A DNA stretch of 64,000 bases from assembly GCA_046498345.1 (NCBI GenBank), contig JAWOAW010000017.1, forward strand, positions 526-64,525. The letters run 5' to 3'. The position numbers and the translations under genes are program-made. Positions 1 to 9,193 of the stretch are shown piece by piece; the stretch's first letter is position 1; the number at the start of each line of letters is the position of its first letter. The DNA is from Thermoplasmatota archaeon. GTDB lineage: Archaea; Thermoplasmatota; E2; UBA202; DSCA01. The notes beneath the pieces are model-generated. The model worked only from the letters and a program-made list of their open reading frames with translations, had not been told where the DNA came from and did no database searches.

Positions 1-2
1 TC

Positions 3-152
3 GTTGACGCCGACCCGGATATCAGGTGTGGGGACGAGGTGGTGGTGGTGCACGACGGCGACATACGGGGGGTCGGCGAGGCGGCCATGAACGGCGACGA
101 GATGCAGGAGAGCACGGTCGGCGAGGCGGTCAAGGTCCGGCATCACCCGTAG
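3..152 (+). CDS. C-terminal fragment of a PUA-domain protein (e.g. archaeosine tRNA-guanine transglycosylase-like); the gene starts upstream of the window
   Basis: Frame 3 translates to VDADPDIRCGDEVVVVHDGDIRGVGEAAMNGDEMQESTVGEAVKVRHHP*, a typical PUA-domain C-terminus (GDEVVVV..DG..GVG.A). The stop is at 150-152. Confidence 0.4.
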   Translation, partial: VDADPDIRCGDEVVVVHDGDIRGVGEAAMNGDEMQESTVGEAVKVRHHP

Positions 153-764
153 CTATTCGTGCCGCACCGTTACCTCGCCATCGAGGTCGATGACCGTGTA
201 GACGCCTCCTTTGCCGATGGTGCAGTTGACGACCAGGGTATCTTTGAGCCATGCGTGCCCCCTGTCCTCGTGCACGTGCCCGCAGATGGCGACGCGGGGC
301 TGCCGCTGCTCTATGAACTGGCGCACCCAGTCGCTGCCGATGTGCCGGCCGAGCATGGCTACGTCTTTGACTCCTTTGGGCGGGACATGGGTGACGAGGA
401 CGTCGCAGGCTGTCTCGTCGAGCTTGATTGGGGTGGTGCCGTCCACGGGCGTTATGTCCGTGGCCTGCGGCGACCCGCCGCCGACGGCGACGAAGGAAAA
501 GCCGTTGTACCGGTATGCCTGGTTGTGTAAAAATATGGCGCTGCCGATGCCGTGTATCCGTTCGCCGATGGCCGGGCTGTCCATGTTTCCGTGGACGACC
601 AGGGTCGGCATGTCGAGGCTTTCGAGCAGTGTAAAAAGAGAGGGGTTGCTGTTGACGTCGCCGGCCAGAACGGCGACATCGGGCTGCTCCGCCGGTATGC
701 CCGTCTGGAATGACTGGTAGCGGGATGCTTCACCGTGGAAGTCCGCGGCTGCCAGGATGCGCAT
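153..764 (-). CDS. Calcineurin-like metallophosphoesterase (YfcE/MJ0936-type)
   Basis: 203 aa ORF with phosphoesterase motifs (RILAAADFHG, GDV, VVHGNMD, GGG, GHVH). Confidence 0.8.
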   Translation of the reverse strand: MRILAAADFHGEASRYQSFQTGIPAEQPDVAVLAGDVNSNPSLFTLLESLDMPTLVVHGNMDSPAIGERIHGIGSAIFLHNQAYRYNGFSFVAVGGGSPQATDITPVDGTTPIKLDETACDVLVTHVPPKGVKDVAMLGRHIGSDWVRQFIEQRQPRVAICGHVHEDRGHAWLKDTLVVNCTIGKGGVYTVIDLDGEVTVRHE

Positions 765-768
765 ATGG

Positions 769-996
769 TTATTCTTCGCGCAGGCTTTGTTCCAGTGTTT
801 CCAGCAGCTCTTCGACCTCGACCTCGCTGAGCATGCCCTCGCGCTGTTCCATGCGGACCTCGGAGAGGCGGAGGCGGATGGCTTCCTTGCAGAGCTCTGC
901 CACGCTGGAGTAGCCCAGTCCCGGGTTGTCCTTTATGAGTGATTCTATCTCGCGGTGCAGGTCCTTGGGTATCGATATGGTGCTATATTCTGGCAT
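769..996 (-). CDS. Ribbon-helix-helix (CopG family) DNA-binding protein
   Basis: 75 aa. N-terminal beta-strand/helix pattern ISIPKDLHREIESLIKDNPGLGYSSVAELCKEAIRLRL with an acidic tail. There is a 5 nt gap to the downstream phosphoesterase. Confidence 0.6.
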   Translation of the reverse strand: MPEYSTISIPKDLHREIESLIKDNPGLGYSSVAELCKEAIRLRLSEVRMEQREGMLSEVEVEELLETLEQSLREE

Positions 997-1008
997 TGTA
1001 TCCTCTTT

Positions 1009-1236
1009 CTAGCGCTCTACCATGAAGTAGAGCTTGATTTTTGTCTGGTAGGAGACGATTTCGTCGTTTTCTATGAGGACTTCCATGTCGTCCACCTTGA
1101 CGCGTCTGATGTTGCGGATGGTTTTTTTCGCCTCGTTTATGGCGGTGTTGACCGCGTCTTCGAATGTGTCGGGTGAGCTGCCCACCAGTTCGATGCTTTT
1201 TATCACAGACATATAATTATTATGGGATATTCGCAT
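1009..1236 (-). CDS. Dodecin-family flavin-binding protein
   Basis: About 70 aa with the pattern VIKSIELVGSSPDSFEDAVNTAINEAKKTIRNIRRVKV..EIVSYQTKIKLYF, as in archaeal dodecins. The ATG is probably at the second Met (MSVIK). Confidence 0.6.
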   Translation of the reverse strand: MRISHNNYMSVIKSIELVGSSPDTFEDAVNTAINEAKKTIRNIRRVKVDDMEVLIENDEIVSYQTKIKLYFMVER

Positions 1237-1260
1237 ATAAACCTTTTGCCCTTTTTTGGG

Positions 1261-2541
1261 TTATGTCCACGGCGCATATTGATAGGCCAGCGTGACGATG
1301 TGTATGTCCATCTCGTCGGTGGCGACGTTGCCCTGGGTGTCGTAGGCGACCACGCGGAGGGTGTGCCGTCCCAGGGGCGGGGCATGTTTTCCCTGTATCC
1401 GCCATTGGTAGGGCGGGCTGCTGTCCCAGGAGATGAAGATGTCGTCGATGCAGAAGGTAACCCGTTCAACCGGATGCTCGTGTTCCACCGACGCCGCGGC
1501 GGTGGCGCTGCCCAGCAGCACGGTGGCTCCCCGGAGCCCGGTGTACCAGAGCCGGCCGCCGCTGATTTGCAGCAGCGGCAGGTCGCCCAGGTAGAGCTGT
1601 CCCTCGCGTGGTGCGGTGAGCCGGACCTGCAGCGGCACCTCCTGGAGGGTCAGTTCTCCGGCGATGGCGGTGAACAGCCGGGTTGCCTTGCAGTGGTAGG
1701 AGGCGTTGATGTGGTCCAGGGTGTCGTTGGCCGAGTGCCCCCAGGGGTAGCCGTCCACGTGGGCGTAGAATGCCGCGTCGTAGCCATAATCCACGAAGGC
1801 CTGGTGGTCGGCCCCCCGGTAGTTGGGGACGACCTCGACGGACATGTCGAGCGCGGGGTATCGTGTGGTCACGCTCTGGGAGAAATCGGCGAGCCATGCC
1901 GCCCGGTCGGGGCAGAACATGCGCGCCGTGGTGCCGCCTTCCGCGGTGTCGGCGTAGCCGATCATGTCGAGGTTGACGACGGCTCTGATGCGGTCGCCTC
2001 GCTGGTAGGCCTGTCGGGCGTATGTGTAGCTGCCGTAGGTGCCGACTTCTTCGCCGGAAAAAGCGATGAACCGGATGGTGTGGGAAAACGTGTATGTGCG
2101 CATGACCTCTGCTGCGGCGAGCAGGGATGCCACGCCGGACCCGTCGTCGTTGGCGCCCGGTGACCTGGGGACGGTGTCGTAATGGGCTGAGAGGATGATT
2201 TCGCTGTCGCTGCTGCCGTTCAGGGTTGCGACCACGTTCTGGCTGCTGTATCCGGCGTAGCTCCATTCGTGGAGGCGGGTGTGGAGCCCCATGGCTGTAA
2301 ACTCGTCGTGTATCCACCGGGCTGCGGCGGAGCAGTTGTCGGACCCGGTGTAGCGGGGGCCGAACGAGACGAGTTCTTCCAGGTATTCGTGTACCATTGA
2401 CTCGTTGACCCGGTCGATCATCTCCTGTATGTCGGGGTTGCCGTGGCTGTTTGTGGCCGCTGTCGGGGGGAGGGCGGCGTATGCTGGCGTGGCCACCGTG
2501 ATGATGCAGATGATGGCAACCAGGCTGGCGCGCGGGTTCAT
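1261..2541 (-). CDS. Secreted M28-family aminopeptidase with a C-terminal Ig-like domain
   Basis: Signal peptide (LVAIICIITVATPAYA). M28 Zn-ligand motifs (HYDT..ANDDGSGVA, FSGEEVGTYGS, NLDMIG). The Arg-rich ORF at 1466-3124 on the same strand, in an alternate frame, is rejected. Confidence 0.8.
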   Translation of the reverse strand: MNPRASLVAIICIITVATPAYAALPPTAATNSHGNPDIQEMIDRVNESMVHEYLEELVSFGPRYTGSDNCSAAARWIHDEFTAMGLHTRLHEWSYAGYSSQNVVATLNGSSDSEIILSAHYDTVPRSPGANDDGSGVASLLAAAEVMRTYTFSHTIRFIAFSGEEVGTYGSYTYARQAYQRGDRIRAVVNLDMIGYADTAEGGTTARMFCPDRAAWLADFSQSVTTRYPALDMSVEVVPNYRGADHQAFVDYGYDAAFYAHVDGYPWGHSANDTLDHINASYHCKATRLFTAIAGELTLQEVPLQVRLTAPREGQLYLGDLPLLQISGGRLWYTGLRGATVLLGSATAAASVEHEHPVERVTFCIDDIFISWDSSPPYQWRIQGKHAPPLGRHTLRVVAYDTQGNVATDEMDIHIVTLAYQYAPWT

Positions 2542-2562
2542 GTGAGCGTAACGTGGTGGTAC

Positions 2563-2618
2563 GTATAAATGTTGCAGCCCGCACTTTTATTAAAAAAATA
2601 GATAAAATTAATAAAATA
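2563..2618. promoter_or_regulatory. Divergent promoter region: GTATAAATG on the minus strand for the M28 peptidase, and an AT-rich TATA-like tract (TTTTATTAAAAAAATAGATAAAATTAATAAAATAG) for the metal ABC operon
   Basis: AT-rich 60 bp islet between divergent gene starts in an otherwise GC-rich stretch. Confidence 0.5.
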
Positions 2619-2626
2619 GCCCGGGG

Positions 2627-3571
2627 ATGTGGGATACTATGGCAGAGGCAGCCAAAAAACGGATGGCTCAACGCGTGCTGCTCGTCGTCGCCGTCGCCGT
2701 GGCCGCAGCCGTCATCGGGGGCACCTTTTACTGGGCGCAGCAGACCGACGAAACCGACGGCAGGACAACCATTATGGCCACCTTCTATCCGCTGGCTTTC
2801 TTCGCCGAGGAAATCGGCGGCGACCACGTCACGGTCCACACCCTGGTGCCCGCAAACACGGAGATACACGCCTGGCAGCCCAGCACCGCGGACATCCTCG
2901 CCGCCGACGACGCAGACGTGCTGCTCTACAACGGCGCCCACCTCGACCACTGGTTCGAAGACGACGTCCTGCCGGCGCTCTCCGCCACGGGCAAGACAAC
3001 CGTCGAGACCACCGCCATCGTCCCGCTGCGGACCATCGACGGGAAAACCGACCCGCATACCTGGGTCAGCCCCCACGTGGCACGGCAACAAGCAGAGGCG
3101 GTCTACCAGGCACTGGCCGAACACGACCCGGCCAACGCCTCAAGCTACGCCGACGCCTGGGGACAGCTGCGGCAGCGATTCACCGACCTCGACGGACGCT
3201 ACCAGCAAGAGCTGGCCGACCGGCAGAAAAACGTCATCTTTGTCACCCATGCGGCCTACGGTTACCTGGCGGAGCGGTATGGCTTCGAGCAGCAGAGCGT
3301 CATCGGGCTGTCCGGCGACGAGCAGCCCGGCTCGGCAGCCATCGCCTCCCTTGTAGACAGGATGCAACGGGAAGACATCTACACCATCTACGTGGACCCC
3401 GTCTACTCGGATACCTACGCCGACACGCTGCAGTCCACCCTCCGTCAGAAAACGGGCCGCGACGCCGAGGTACTCGAGCTGTACCTCATGCTCGGCCCCG
3501 TCGACGGCCTGGACTACTTCCAGCAGCAGGAAGCCAACCTCGACAACCTCAAACGGGGGTTGGACGCATGA
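2627..3571 (+). CDS. Metal ABC transporter substrate-binding protein (TroA/ZnuA/MntC cluster-9 family)
   Basis: N-terminal TM/signal anchor, TroA-like fold signatures (TFYPLAFFAEEIGGDHVTVHTLVP, DPHTW, VTHAAYGYLAERYG). An alternative start at 2639 is possible. Confidence 0.85.
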   Translation: MWDTMAEAAKKRMAQRVLLVVAVAVAAAVIGGTFYWAQQTDETDGRTTIMATFYPLAFFAEEIGGDHVTVHTLVPANTEIHAWQPSTADILAADDADVLLYNGAHLDHWFEDDVLPALSATGKTTVETTAIVPLRTIDGKTDPHTWVSPHVARQQAEAVYQALAEHDPANASSYADAWGQLRQRFTDLDGRYQQELADRQKNVIFVTHAAYGYLAERYGFEQQSVIGLSGDEQPGSAAIASLVDRMQREDIYTIYVDPVYSDTYADTLQSTLRQKTGRDAEVLELYLMLGPVDGLDYFQQQEANLDNLKRGLDA

Positions 3572-4344
3572 AGGCGCCGGCCATCGAAGCCCGGGAGCTC
3601 ACCATCACCCGGTCCGGCTCCCCGGTCATCACCGACGCATCGTTTACCATCAACCAGGGCGACTACGTGGGTATGGTCGGGCCCAACGGCGGCGGCAAGA
3701 CCACCCTGCTGCAGGCGCTCCTCGGCATCATCCCTGCAGCCAGCGGCTCCATCCGGCTGTTCGGCCAGGACAAAAAAACGTTTTCCGACTGGGAGCGCAT
3801 CGCCTACGTGGCGCAGGACGCCATCAACTTCGACGCGTCGTTTCCCCTGACCGTCAGGGAGCTCACCGGGCTGGGCCGCATCACCCGCGACCGGCTGGGG
3901 CGCCCCCTGCGGCGGGAGGACTGGCACGCGGTTGACGAGGCGCTCGGGCTCATGGAGATGGACAGCCTGGCAGACCGGCGTATCGGCCGCCTGTCGGGAG
4001 GCCAAAAACAGCGGGTGTTCGTGGCCAAGGCGCTGGTCCGTGACCCGGAGATTCTGCTGCTCGACGAGCCGGTCACCGGCGTCGACGCAGACACGCAGAA
4101 GCGGTTTTACAAGAAGCTCAGCGACCTGAACGCCGAGTGTGGCCTCACCGTCGTCATCGTGTCGCACGACCTGGCGGCCGTTTTTTGCCGGATGTCCAAG
4201 GTGATGTGCGTCAACCGGGACGTCTACGTCGCGGATATCACGGACGACCTGGAGCCCAACGAGATACTCAGGGAGGTCTACGGCGACCATTTCCATTTCG
4301 TGTTCCACCGACACGAATGCACGGGGGTGTTCGCCGATGAGTAG
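3568..4344 (+). CDS. Metal ABC transporter ATP-binding protein (ZnuC/TroB-like)
   Basis: Walker A GPNGGGKTT, ABC signature LSGGQKQR, Walker B LLLDEP. The ATG at 3568 overlaps the stop of the upstream SBP gene (ATGA). The long N-terminal extension of ORF 2629-4344 is rejected. Confidence 0.9.
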   Translation: MKAPAIEARELTITRSGSPVITDASFTINQGDYVGMVGPNGGGKTTLLQALLGIIPAASGSIRLFGQDKKTFSDWERIAYVAQDAINFDASFPLTVRELTGLGRITRDRLGRPLRREDWHAVDEALGLMEMDSLADRRIGRLSGGQKQRVFVAKALVRDPEILLLDEPVTGVDADTQKRFYKKLSDLNAECGLTVVIVSHDLAAVFCRMSKVMCVNRDVYVADITDDLEPNEILREVYGDHFHFVFHRHECTGVFADE

Positions 4345-5161
4345 CCTGACGCTCCTGGACCTGCCCCGGCTGCTCGGCTACCAGTTTTTCCAGCATGCGC
4401 TGGTCGGCGGGCTCATCACGGCGCTGGTCTGCGCCTGGGTCGGCTTTTTCCTCATCCTGCGGCGGGAGACCATGATCGGGGACGGCATCGCGCATACCGC
4501 CTTCGGAGGTATCGCGCTGGGACTGCTCCTGCATGTCAACCCGCTGCTGACCGCCTGGGTGGTATCCACGCTGGCCGTGGTCACCATTGCCTACATGCGG
4601 CGGAAGGGCATCGCTCATTCCGATGCGGCCATCGCGGTGATGCTGGCCATCGGGTTCTCCGGGGGCCTCATCATCATCAGTCTGGCCGGCGGCTTCAACG
4701 TCGAATTGTTCAGCTACCTGTTCGGGTCCATTCTCACCATCGACCAGACCGACCTGGTCATCGTGTCCGGTCTGGGCATGGCCGCGGCGCTGTTCTTGGG
4801 CATCTTTTACAAGGAGCTGCTGTCCATCACGTTCGACGAGGAATCCGCCAGGCTGATGGGCATCCCGGTGACGCCGTTATCGGTGGGCTTCCACGTACTG
4901 GTGGCCACCACGATAACGCTGTCGATCAAGGTCATCGGCATCATCCTCGTCGTCGCCTTGATTGTCCTGCCCGGCCTGACGGCGCTGCAGCTCGACCTGT
5001 CATTCCGGCGTACCACGATGGCGGCCGTCGGTGTCGGCCTGCTCTCCATGTTCCTGGGCATCTCGCTCTCAGCCGTCTACGACGTGGCGACCAGCGGGGT
5101 TATCGTGTTCACCGCCGCCGGGCTCTTCCTCTTCGCCGCCCTGTACCGGAGGCTGTCATGA
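4337..5161 (+). CDS. Metal ABC transporter permease (ZnuB/TroCD-like)
   Basis: 274 aa polytopic membrane protein typical of cluster-9 metal ABC permeases. It overlaps the ATPase gene by 8 nt. Confidence 0.9.
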   Translation: MSSLTLLDLPRLLGYQFFQHALVGGLITALVCAWVGFFLILRRETMIGDGIAHTAFGGIALGLLLHVNPLLTAWVVSTLAVVTIAYMRRKGIAHSDAAIAVMLAIGFSGGLIIISLAGGFNVELFSYLFGSILTIDQTDLVIVSGLGMAAALFLGIFYKELLSITFDEESARLMGIPVTPLSVGFHVLVATTITLSIKVIGIILVVALIVLPGLTALQLDLSFRRTTMAAVGVGLLSMFLGISLSAVYDVATSGVIVFTAAGLFLFAALYRRLS

Positions 5162-5583
5162 CCCGGCGGAAACGGGAAAACCGGCAGGCTCGGGTGGTGT
5201 CCATGAGCATCCCCGCCGAGATGGACGAGGCCATCAGCGCGGCAGCGGCGGACATGGGATACCGGAGCCGGTCGGCGTTCGTCCGCGATGCAGTGCGAGC
5301 CCTGCTCAGGGAAAAAGCCGGCCTGGACGGGCGCCGGGGTACCGTGGAGGGAGTCATCACCCTGCTCTACGAGCATGACGCCGCGGCCCAGGTATCCACA
5401 ATCCGCCACCGGCACATGGACATCTTCCGGAGCTTCATGCACTCGGATTTCGATGCCGCCGCCTGCTCATGCTGCGAGGTGCTCATGTTCTCCGGGGACA
5501 TCGAAGATGTCAGCGCCGCATACCATCGACTCAGAGCGATAGACGGCGTCGACGAGGCACACATCTACGTGGCCTCCCGGTAA
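5158..5583 (+). CDS. nikR: NikR-family nickel-responsive regulator (RHH N-domain plus ACT-like metal-binding C-domain)
   Basis: N-terminal RHH (RVVSMSIPAEMDEAIS..GYRSRSAFVRDAVRALL). C-domain carries NikR His/Cys ligand positions (TLLYEHD...IRHRHMD...HSDFDAAACSCCEVLMF). ATGA overlap with the permease stop. Confidence 0.7.
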   Translation: MTRRKRENRQARVVSMSIPAEMDEAISAAAADMGYRSRSAFVRDAVRALLREKAGLDGRRGTVEGVITLLYEHDAAAQVSTIRHRHMDIFRSFMHSDFDAAACSCCEVLMFSGDIEDVSAAYHRLRAIDGVDEAHIYVASR

Positions 5584-5613
5584 AAACAGGTACGCCGTGC
5601 CGTCACCCGGACC

Positions 5614-8310
5614 TCATTTTTTGGCGGGCGAAGAAAACGGCCAGCGGCGATGATACCACAGGTAGGCGGTGGCGCCGGCCAGCGCGCCGATAATAACGGC
5701 GGCAATCCACCATACGGCGCCTGAGGCTCCGCCCGCACCGCCGCTTTCCACATCGACGGGCCAGGGCTCCGTCTGCGCGGCCAGCGCGTAGACATGCCCG
5801 GCGGCGCCGACATAGCAGGTCTGGTCCGCCAGCGCCGGCGTCGAGCGGACGGCCGTGGTCACATAGTTGTAGACGTCAGCCTGCATCTCATATGCCGGGG
5901 CGTGGCTCCACCCGGCGGCGCCGGTCGTCCGGTTGACCGCGTAGACGTGGCCGTCGTCGCAGCCGTAGAACACGTAGTCGCCGTACAACACCGGCGAGGA
6001 ATGCACGGCGGAGGCATGGCTCCGCATCCATTCCAGGTCGCCCGACGCGGCGTCCAGGCAGTAGATGCCGTTGTCCATGGAGCCGACGTAGACATGGTCG
6101 TCGTCGACCGCCGGCGTGACGTCGACGCCCCATCCTGTCGCGTATCTCCATAGCTCGTCCCCGGTTTCTCCGTCGAGGGCATAGACGTGGTTGTCCCAGC
6201 TTCCCGCGTATACGGTGCCGTCCCGGGCTGCCGGCGCGGCGGTCATCGGCGCCATGGCGGCAAACGTCCAGGCGATGCTGCCGTCGTCGAGGTCTATGGC
6301 GTAGCAATGGGAGCCCGCGGCGACATACACGCGGCCATCGTCCACCGGGGAAACATATGCCGTGCCGTTGACCTGCGTCGTCCACCGGAGGGTGCCGTTT
6401 GACGACGTAACACAGGAAACCACGCTGTCTCCCCCCGCGATGACCATGCCCTGGCTGTACACGGGCCGCGAGCATACCATCCCGTCATGGCTCCATGCGA
6501 CGCTGCCGCCGTCGAGCGCGTAGAGACCCGTGCTGCTGCCTGCGTATACGATGCCGTCGTGGACGCAGGGCTGTACCGCCTGCTCGCCGACCCGGTGGCT
6601 CCACTGCCGGCTGCCGCTGTCGGCGTCCAGGGCCATTATCATGCCGTCGCTGGCCACGTAGAGCATGTCGCCATCGGCGGTGACCAGGGGGCTGCCGTAG
6701 CGCGGCGTGGAGGTGTTCACCGTCCATTTGAGGCGGCCTCCGCCGGTGGCGTTGACAGGCCGGTACCTGAATGAGGCGCCGTCCGCCATGCCGTACATGC
6801 GGACCCATCCCGCCGGGGGGACGTCGACGATGCCGCGGAGGTTGGGCTGCAGATGCGAGGTATTCCATATCCTGCCGCCGGTGTTCCCCCAGAAGGCCCA
6901 CAGGCCGTTGTCCGCCAGCAGGGAGCTGTCGGTGAGCTTGCAGTCGCTGGTGAAATCGGTCATCGGAGGCGTGGACATGATTTTTTTGACCACCTCGGCG
7001 TCGATGCTGCCGTAGTATTCGTTGCCCATCTCCTCGAACCTGATGTCCCGGGGCGAGGGATGATACCGCAGCGTGTAATATTCGTAGCCGGAGGTGTTGA
7101 ACAGGATGTTGAACACTCGGAAGAGCACGCCCTTGGCGCTCTCCAGCCGGAGCTGCTCCCGCCTGACCGAGGCGTCCATGGGATTGTTGGCCGACCAGTA
7201 GAAGCCGTTTGTGGTCCGCCAGACGGCGCTCTCGTAGAGGCCGAGCTCAAACCGGGCGATTTCGCCGGTGGTGGCGTCGCCGATGAGCCAGACAGCGTTC
7301 ATGATGCCGTTGTTGTTGCCCCGCAATGCTTCGATGGCGTCGTCGACGGTGCTGCCGTACTGCATCGCGGTGCGGGCCCGGACGGCCAATGGCAATCCGT
7401 TTTTTTTCCAGAGACCCTGTGGGCAGGTGGTCTCGATGAGCACCAGCCCCTGGTCGTTCTGGTAGTAGTCCTCGTCGCTCCATATGAGACCGGGCGAGGT
7501 GCCCATGACGACGCGGTTGCCCCTCGCCGGCTTGATATCCATGATGACGTTCCAGCGCTGCGCGATGTAGTAGCTGTACCACCAGCTTCCGAACCAGACT
7601 GAGTCGGATGCAACCATCTGGCCATTGGTGGTGGCGTCGCCGGTGGCGATGAACCCGTTGCAGTGGTGCGCCGGGGGCTGGTTGACCAGGGAGGTGATGA
7701 ACGCGGCCTGTTTTTCCTCCAGCTCCGGTGCGACGCCGAGCAGGTCGTAGTAGAGGCTGCGGAGCGGATGGATGCTCTTCGCCGGGTTGACCAGCATGGA
7801 CATGAACTCGTACATCTCGTTGAGCGTCAGGATGTCCTCGTGGGTGACGGGTTCGCCGAACAGCTGCCCGCCGCGGTTAGCGACGCCCTGCGCGATGCCC
7901 TTGACCTCCTGCTGGTATTCCACCGGGTAGTTGTCCCAGAAGATGTCCATGGCCCGGCTGCGGCAGAAATTCCACCATCGTTGCGATATCTGCTGGTAGC
8001 GCTCCGATGTCTGGTTGACGTGCAGGCTGCCCATCACCGGGGCGTTGTGGATGGTGTTCGCCCACCGGTGGAGCATGTCCATGATCTCCGGGTAGAGCAG
8101 GTGGCCGTGCTGCCGGCCGCGCTCCAGCGCGTCGCCCTCTATGTGGACGTAGATGAGCCCCTGGACGTTGTACCGGTAGCCCTGGCCGTACCGGGCGGCG
8201 CTGTCGGAGGCCAAGGGAACGTCCTCGCCGGAGCGCATCTCTTCGGGGGTGAATGCCACGGCGGCTCCGGACAGCAGAAAGACGGCGATGGCGAACGCGG
8301 CCACGTGTTT
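5614..8310 (-). CDS. Large secreted, C-terminally membrane-anchored protein: N-terminal Ntn-hydrolase-like domain plus PQQ-type beta-propeller repeats
   Basis: True start is at MKHVAAFAIAVFLLSGAAVA (signal peptide), which lies inside the longer ORF 5614-8538. N-terminal domain has a candidate nucleophile in HHCNGFIATGD. The C-terminal half has at least 6 PQQ/WD-like repeats (VYAGS..LYALD...W). The final hydrophobic helix VWWIAAVIIGALAGATAYLWY is followed by HRRW. Antisense Arg-rich ORFs are rejected. Confidence 0.7.
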   Translation of the reverse strand, partial: KHVAAFAIAVFLLSGAAVAFTPEEMRSGEDVPLASDSAARYGQGYRYNVQGLIYVHIEGDALERGRQHGHLLYPEIMDMLHRWANTIHNAPVMGSLHVNQTSERYQQISQRWWNFCRSRAMDIFWDNYPVEYQQEVKGIAQGVANRGGQLFGEPVTHEDILTLNEMYEFMSMLVNPAKSIHPLRSLYYDLLGVAPELEEKQAAFITSLVNQPPAHHCNGFIATGDATTNGQMVASDSVWFGSWWYSYYIAQRWNVIMDIKPARGNRVVMGTSPGLIWSDEDYYQNDQGLVLIETTCPQGLWKKNGLPLAVRARTAMQYGSTVDDAIEALRGNNNGIMNAVWLIGDATTGEIARFELGLYESAVWRTTNGFYWSANNPMDASVRREQLRLESAKGVLFRVFNILFNTSGYEYYTLRYHPSPRDIRFEEMGNEYYGSIDAEVVKKIMSTPPMTDFTSDCKLTDSSLLADNGLWAFWGNTGGRIWNTSHLQPNLRGIVDVPPAGWVRMYGMADGASFRYRPVNATGGGRLKWTVNTSTPRYGSPLVTADGDMLYVASDGMIMALDADSGSRQWSHRVGEQAVQPCVHDGIVYAGSSTGLYALDGGSVAWSHDGMVCSRPVYSQGMVIAGGDSVVSCVTSSNGTLRWTTQVNGTAYVSPVDDGRVYVAAGSHCYAIDLDDGSIAWTFAAMAPMTAAPAARDGTVYAGSWDNHVYALDGETGDELWRYATGWGVDVTPAVDDDHVYVGSMDNGIYCLDAASGDLEWMRSHASAVHSSPVLYGDYVFYGCDDGHVYAVNRTTGAAGWSHAPAYEMQADVYNYVTTAVRSTPALADQTCYVGAAGHVYALAAQTEPWPVDVESGGAGGASGAVWWIAAVIIGALAGATAYLWYHRRWPFSSPAKK

Positions 8311-8353
8311 CATTGGTATAGTGCATCTGCTGGCGGTAAAAATAGTCTTCGCT

Positions 8354-9193
8354 TCACTGCTGCCAGAGCTGCCGTCGCTGCGCCTCGAGCAAGCGGTTGT
8401 CCCGCCCCAGGTATTCTGCGTAGCTCTGTATGCGTTCGCCGTGGCGCTCGTACAGGTGGGGCAGATGCTTCCGGTATCCGAGATCCCGGAGCAGGTGGTG
8501 GTCGAGCAGCAGCTGGCAGCCGGTTTCCTCCATGACATGGCACATGTTTGCCTCCGCTTTTTCCAGGTTGGCGTGGGAGAAGCGCCAGCCGAGCAGGTAG
8601 GTGGGCGGTCCGTCGGCCACCACGATGTCGGGCTGCTCGTGGATGATGTAGTCTGCTGCGGCGTGGTCGACGGGCCCCTGGACGTCGGAGGTGTACAGCA
8701 GGCGTTGCCCGTTGCTTTCCACGGTGAGCATTAGCACGTAGCCGAGGCGGGTGCCCGGCGGCCCGTGGGGCATGGGCGGGGAGAATTGCAGTGTGGTGTC
8801 GCCGTGCTCGTAGGTCCGGCCGTCGGAGGATATGGGGGCGGTGTCGTCGAGCTGGCCGGCGAACGCGGCGCCGCGCTGCTGCTGGCTCTTGTTGACGTGG
8901 TGATCGGTGGCCTTGGCGTAGATGGTTTTGCCGCTGTAGACGGCGCCGTCGCGGGCCACGTGGTCGTAATGGTAATGGGTTATGGCCACCACGTCGGAGT
9001 CGTCGAGATGGTCGGCGATATGCTGGTGCGCCTGGTCAAGCGCTTCGAGCTCGCGGGGATGGGGCTGCAGCCCGTATCGCTTGGGCCCGAGCGCGGCTGC
9101 AGGGTCGATGAAAATGGTGATATCCGGGGTGTTCACGTAGAGGGCCATGGAACGGACGCCGAGGGACTCCGCCGCTATCGGCGTCAGCTTCAT
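8354..9193 (-). CDS. MBL-fold hydrolase, archaeal UPF0282 family
   Basis: HYHYDH metal-binding motif and further conserved His/Asp positions. 279 aa. There is a 4 nt overlap with the upstream gene. Confidence 0.7.
   Translation of the reverse strand: MKLTPIAAESLGVRSMALYVNTPDITIFIDPAAALGPKRYGLQPHPRELEALDQAHQHIADHLDDSDVVAITHYHYDHVARDGAVYSGKTIYAKATDHHVNKSQQQRGAAFAGQLDDTAPISSDGRTYEHGDTTLQFSPPMPHGPPGTRLGYVLMLTVESNGQRLLYTSDVQGPVDHAAADYIIHEQPDIVVADGPPTYLLGWRFSHANLEKAEANMCHVMEETGCQLLLDHHLLRDLGYRKHLPHLYERHGERIQSYAEYLGRDNRLLEAQRRQLWQQ

Noticed and set aside
1466-3124. 552-aa Arg/Pro/Gly-rich ORF on the minus strand
   Set aside because: It sits in an alternate frame of the M28 peptidase gene and antisense to the metal-binding protein gene. 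Its composition (runs of R, P, G, H) is the usual high-GC off-frame artefact, with no domain signal.
2629-3567. Long N-terminal extension of the ABC ATPase ORF (2629-4344)
   Set aside because: The extension is Arg-rich junk in the +2 frame of the SBP gene. The real ATPase starts at the ATG at 3568, which overlaps the SBP stop.
5888-7625. Cluster of 100-250-aa ORFs on both strands inside the PQQ-propeller gene
   Set aside because: All are antisense or off-frame to a clearly coding 900-aa gene. Their Arg/Gly/Pro-rich composition is typical of GC-rich DNA.
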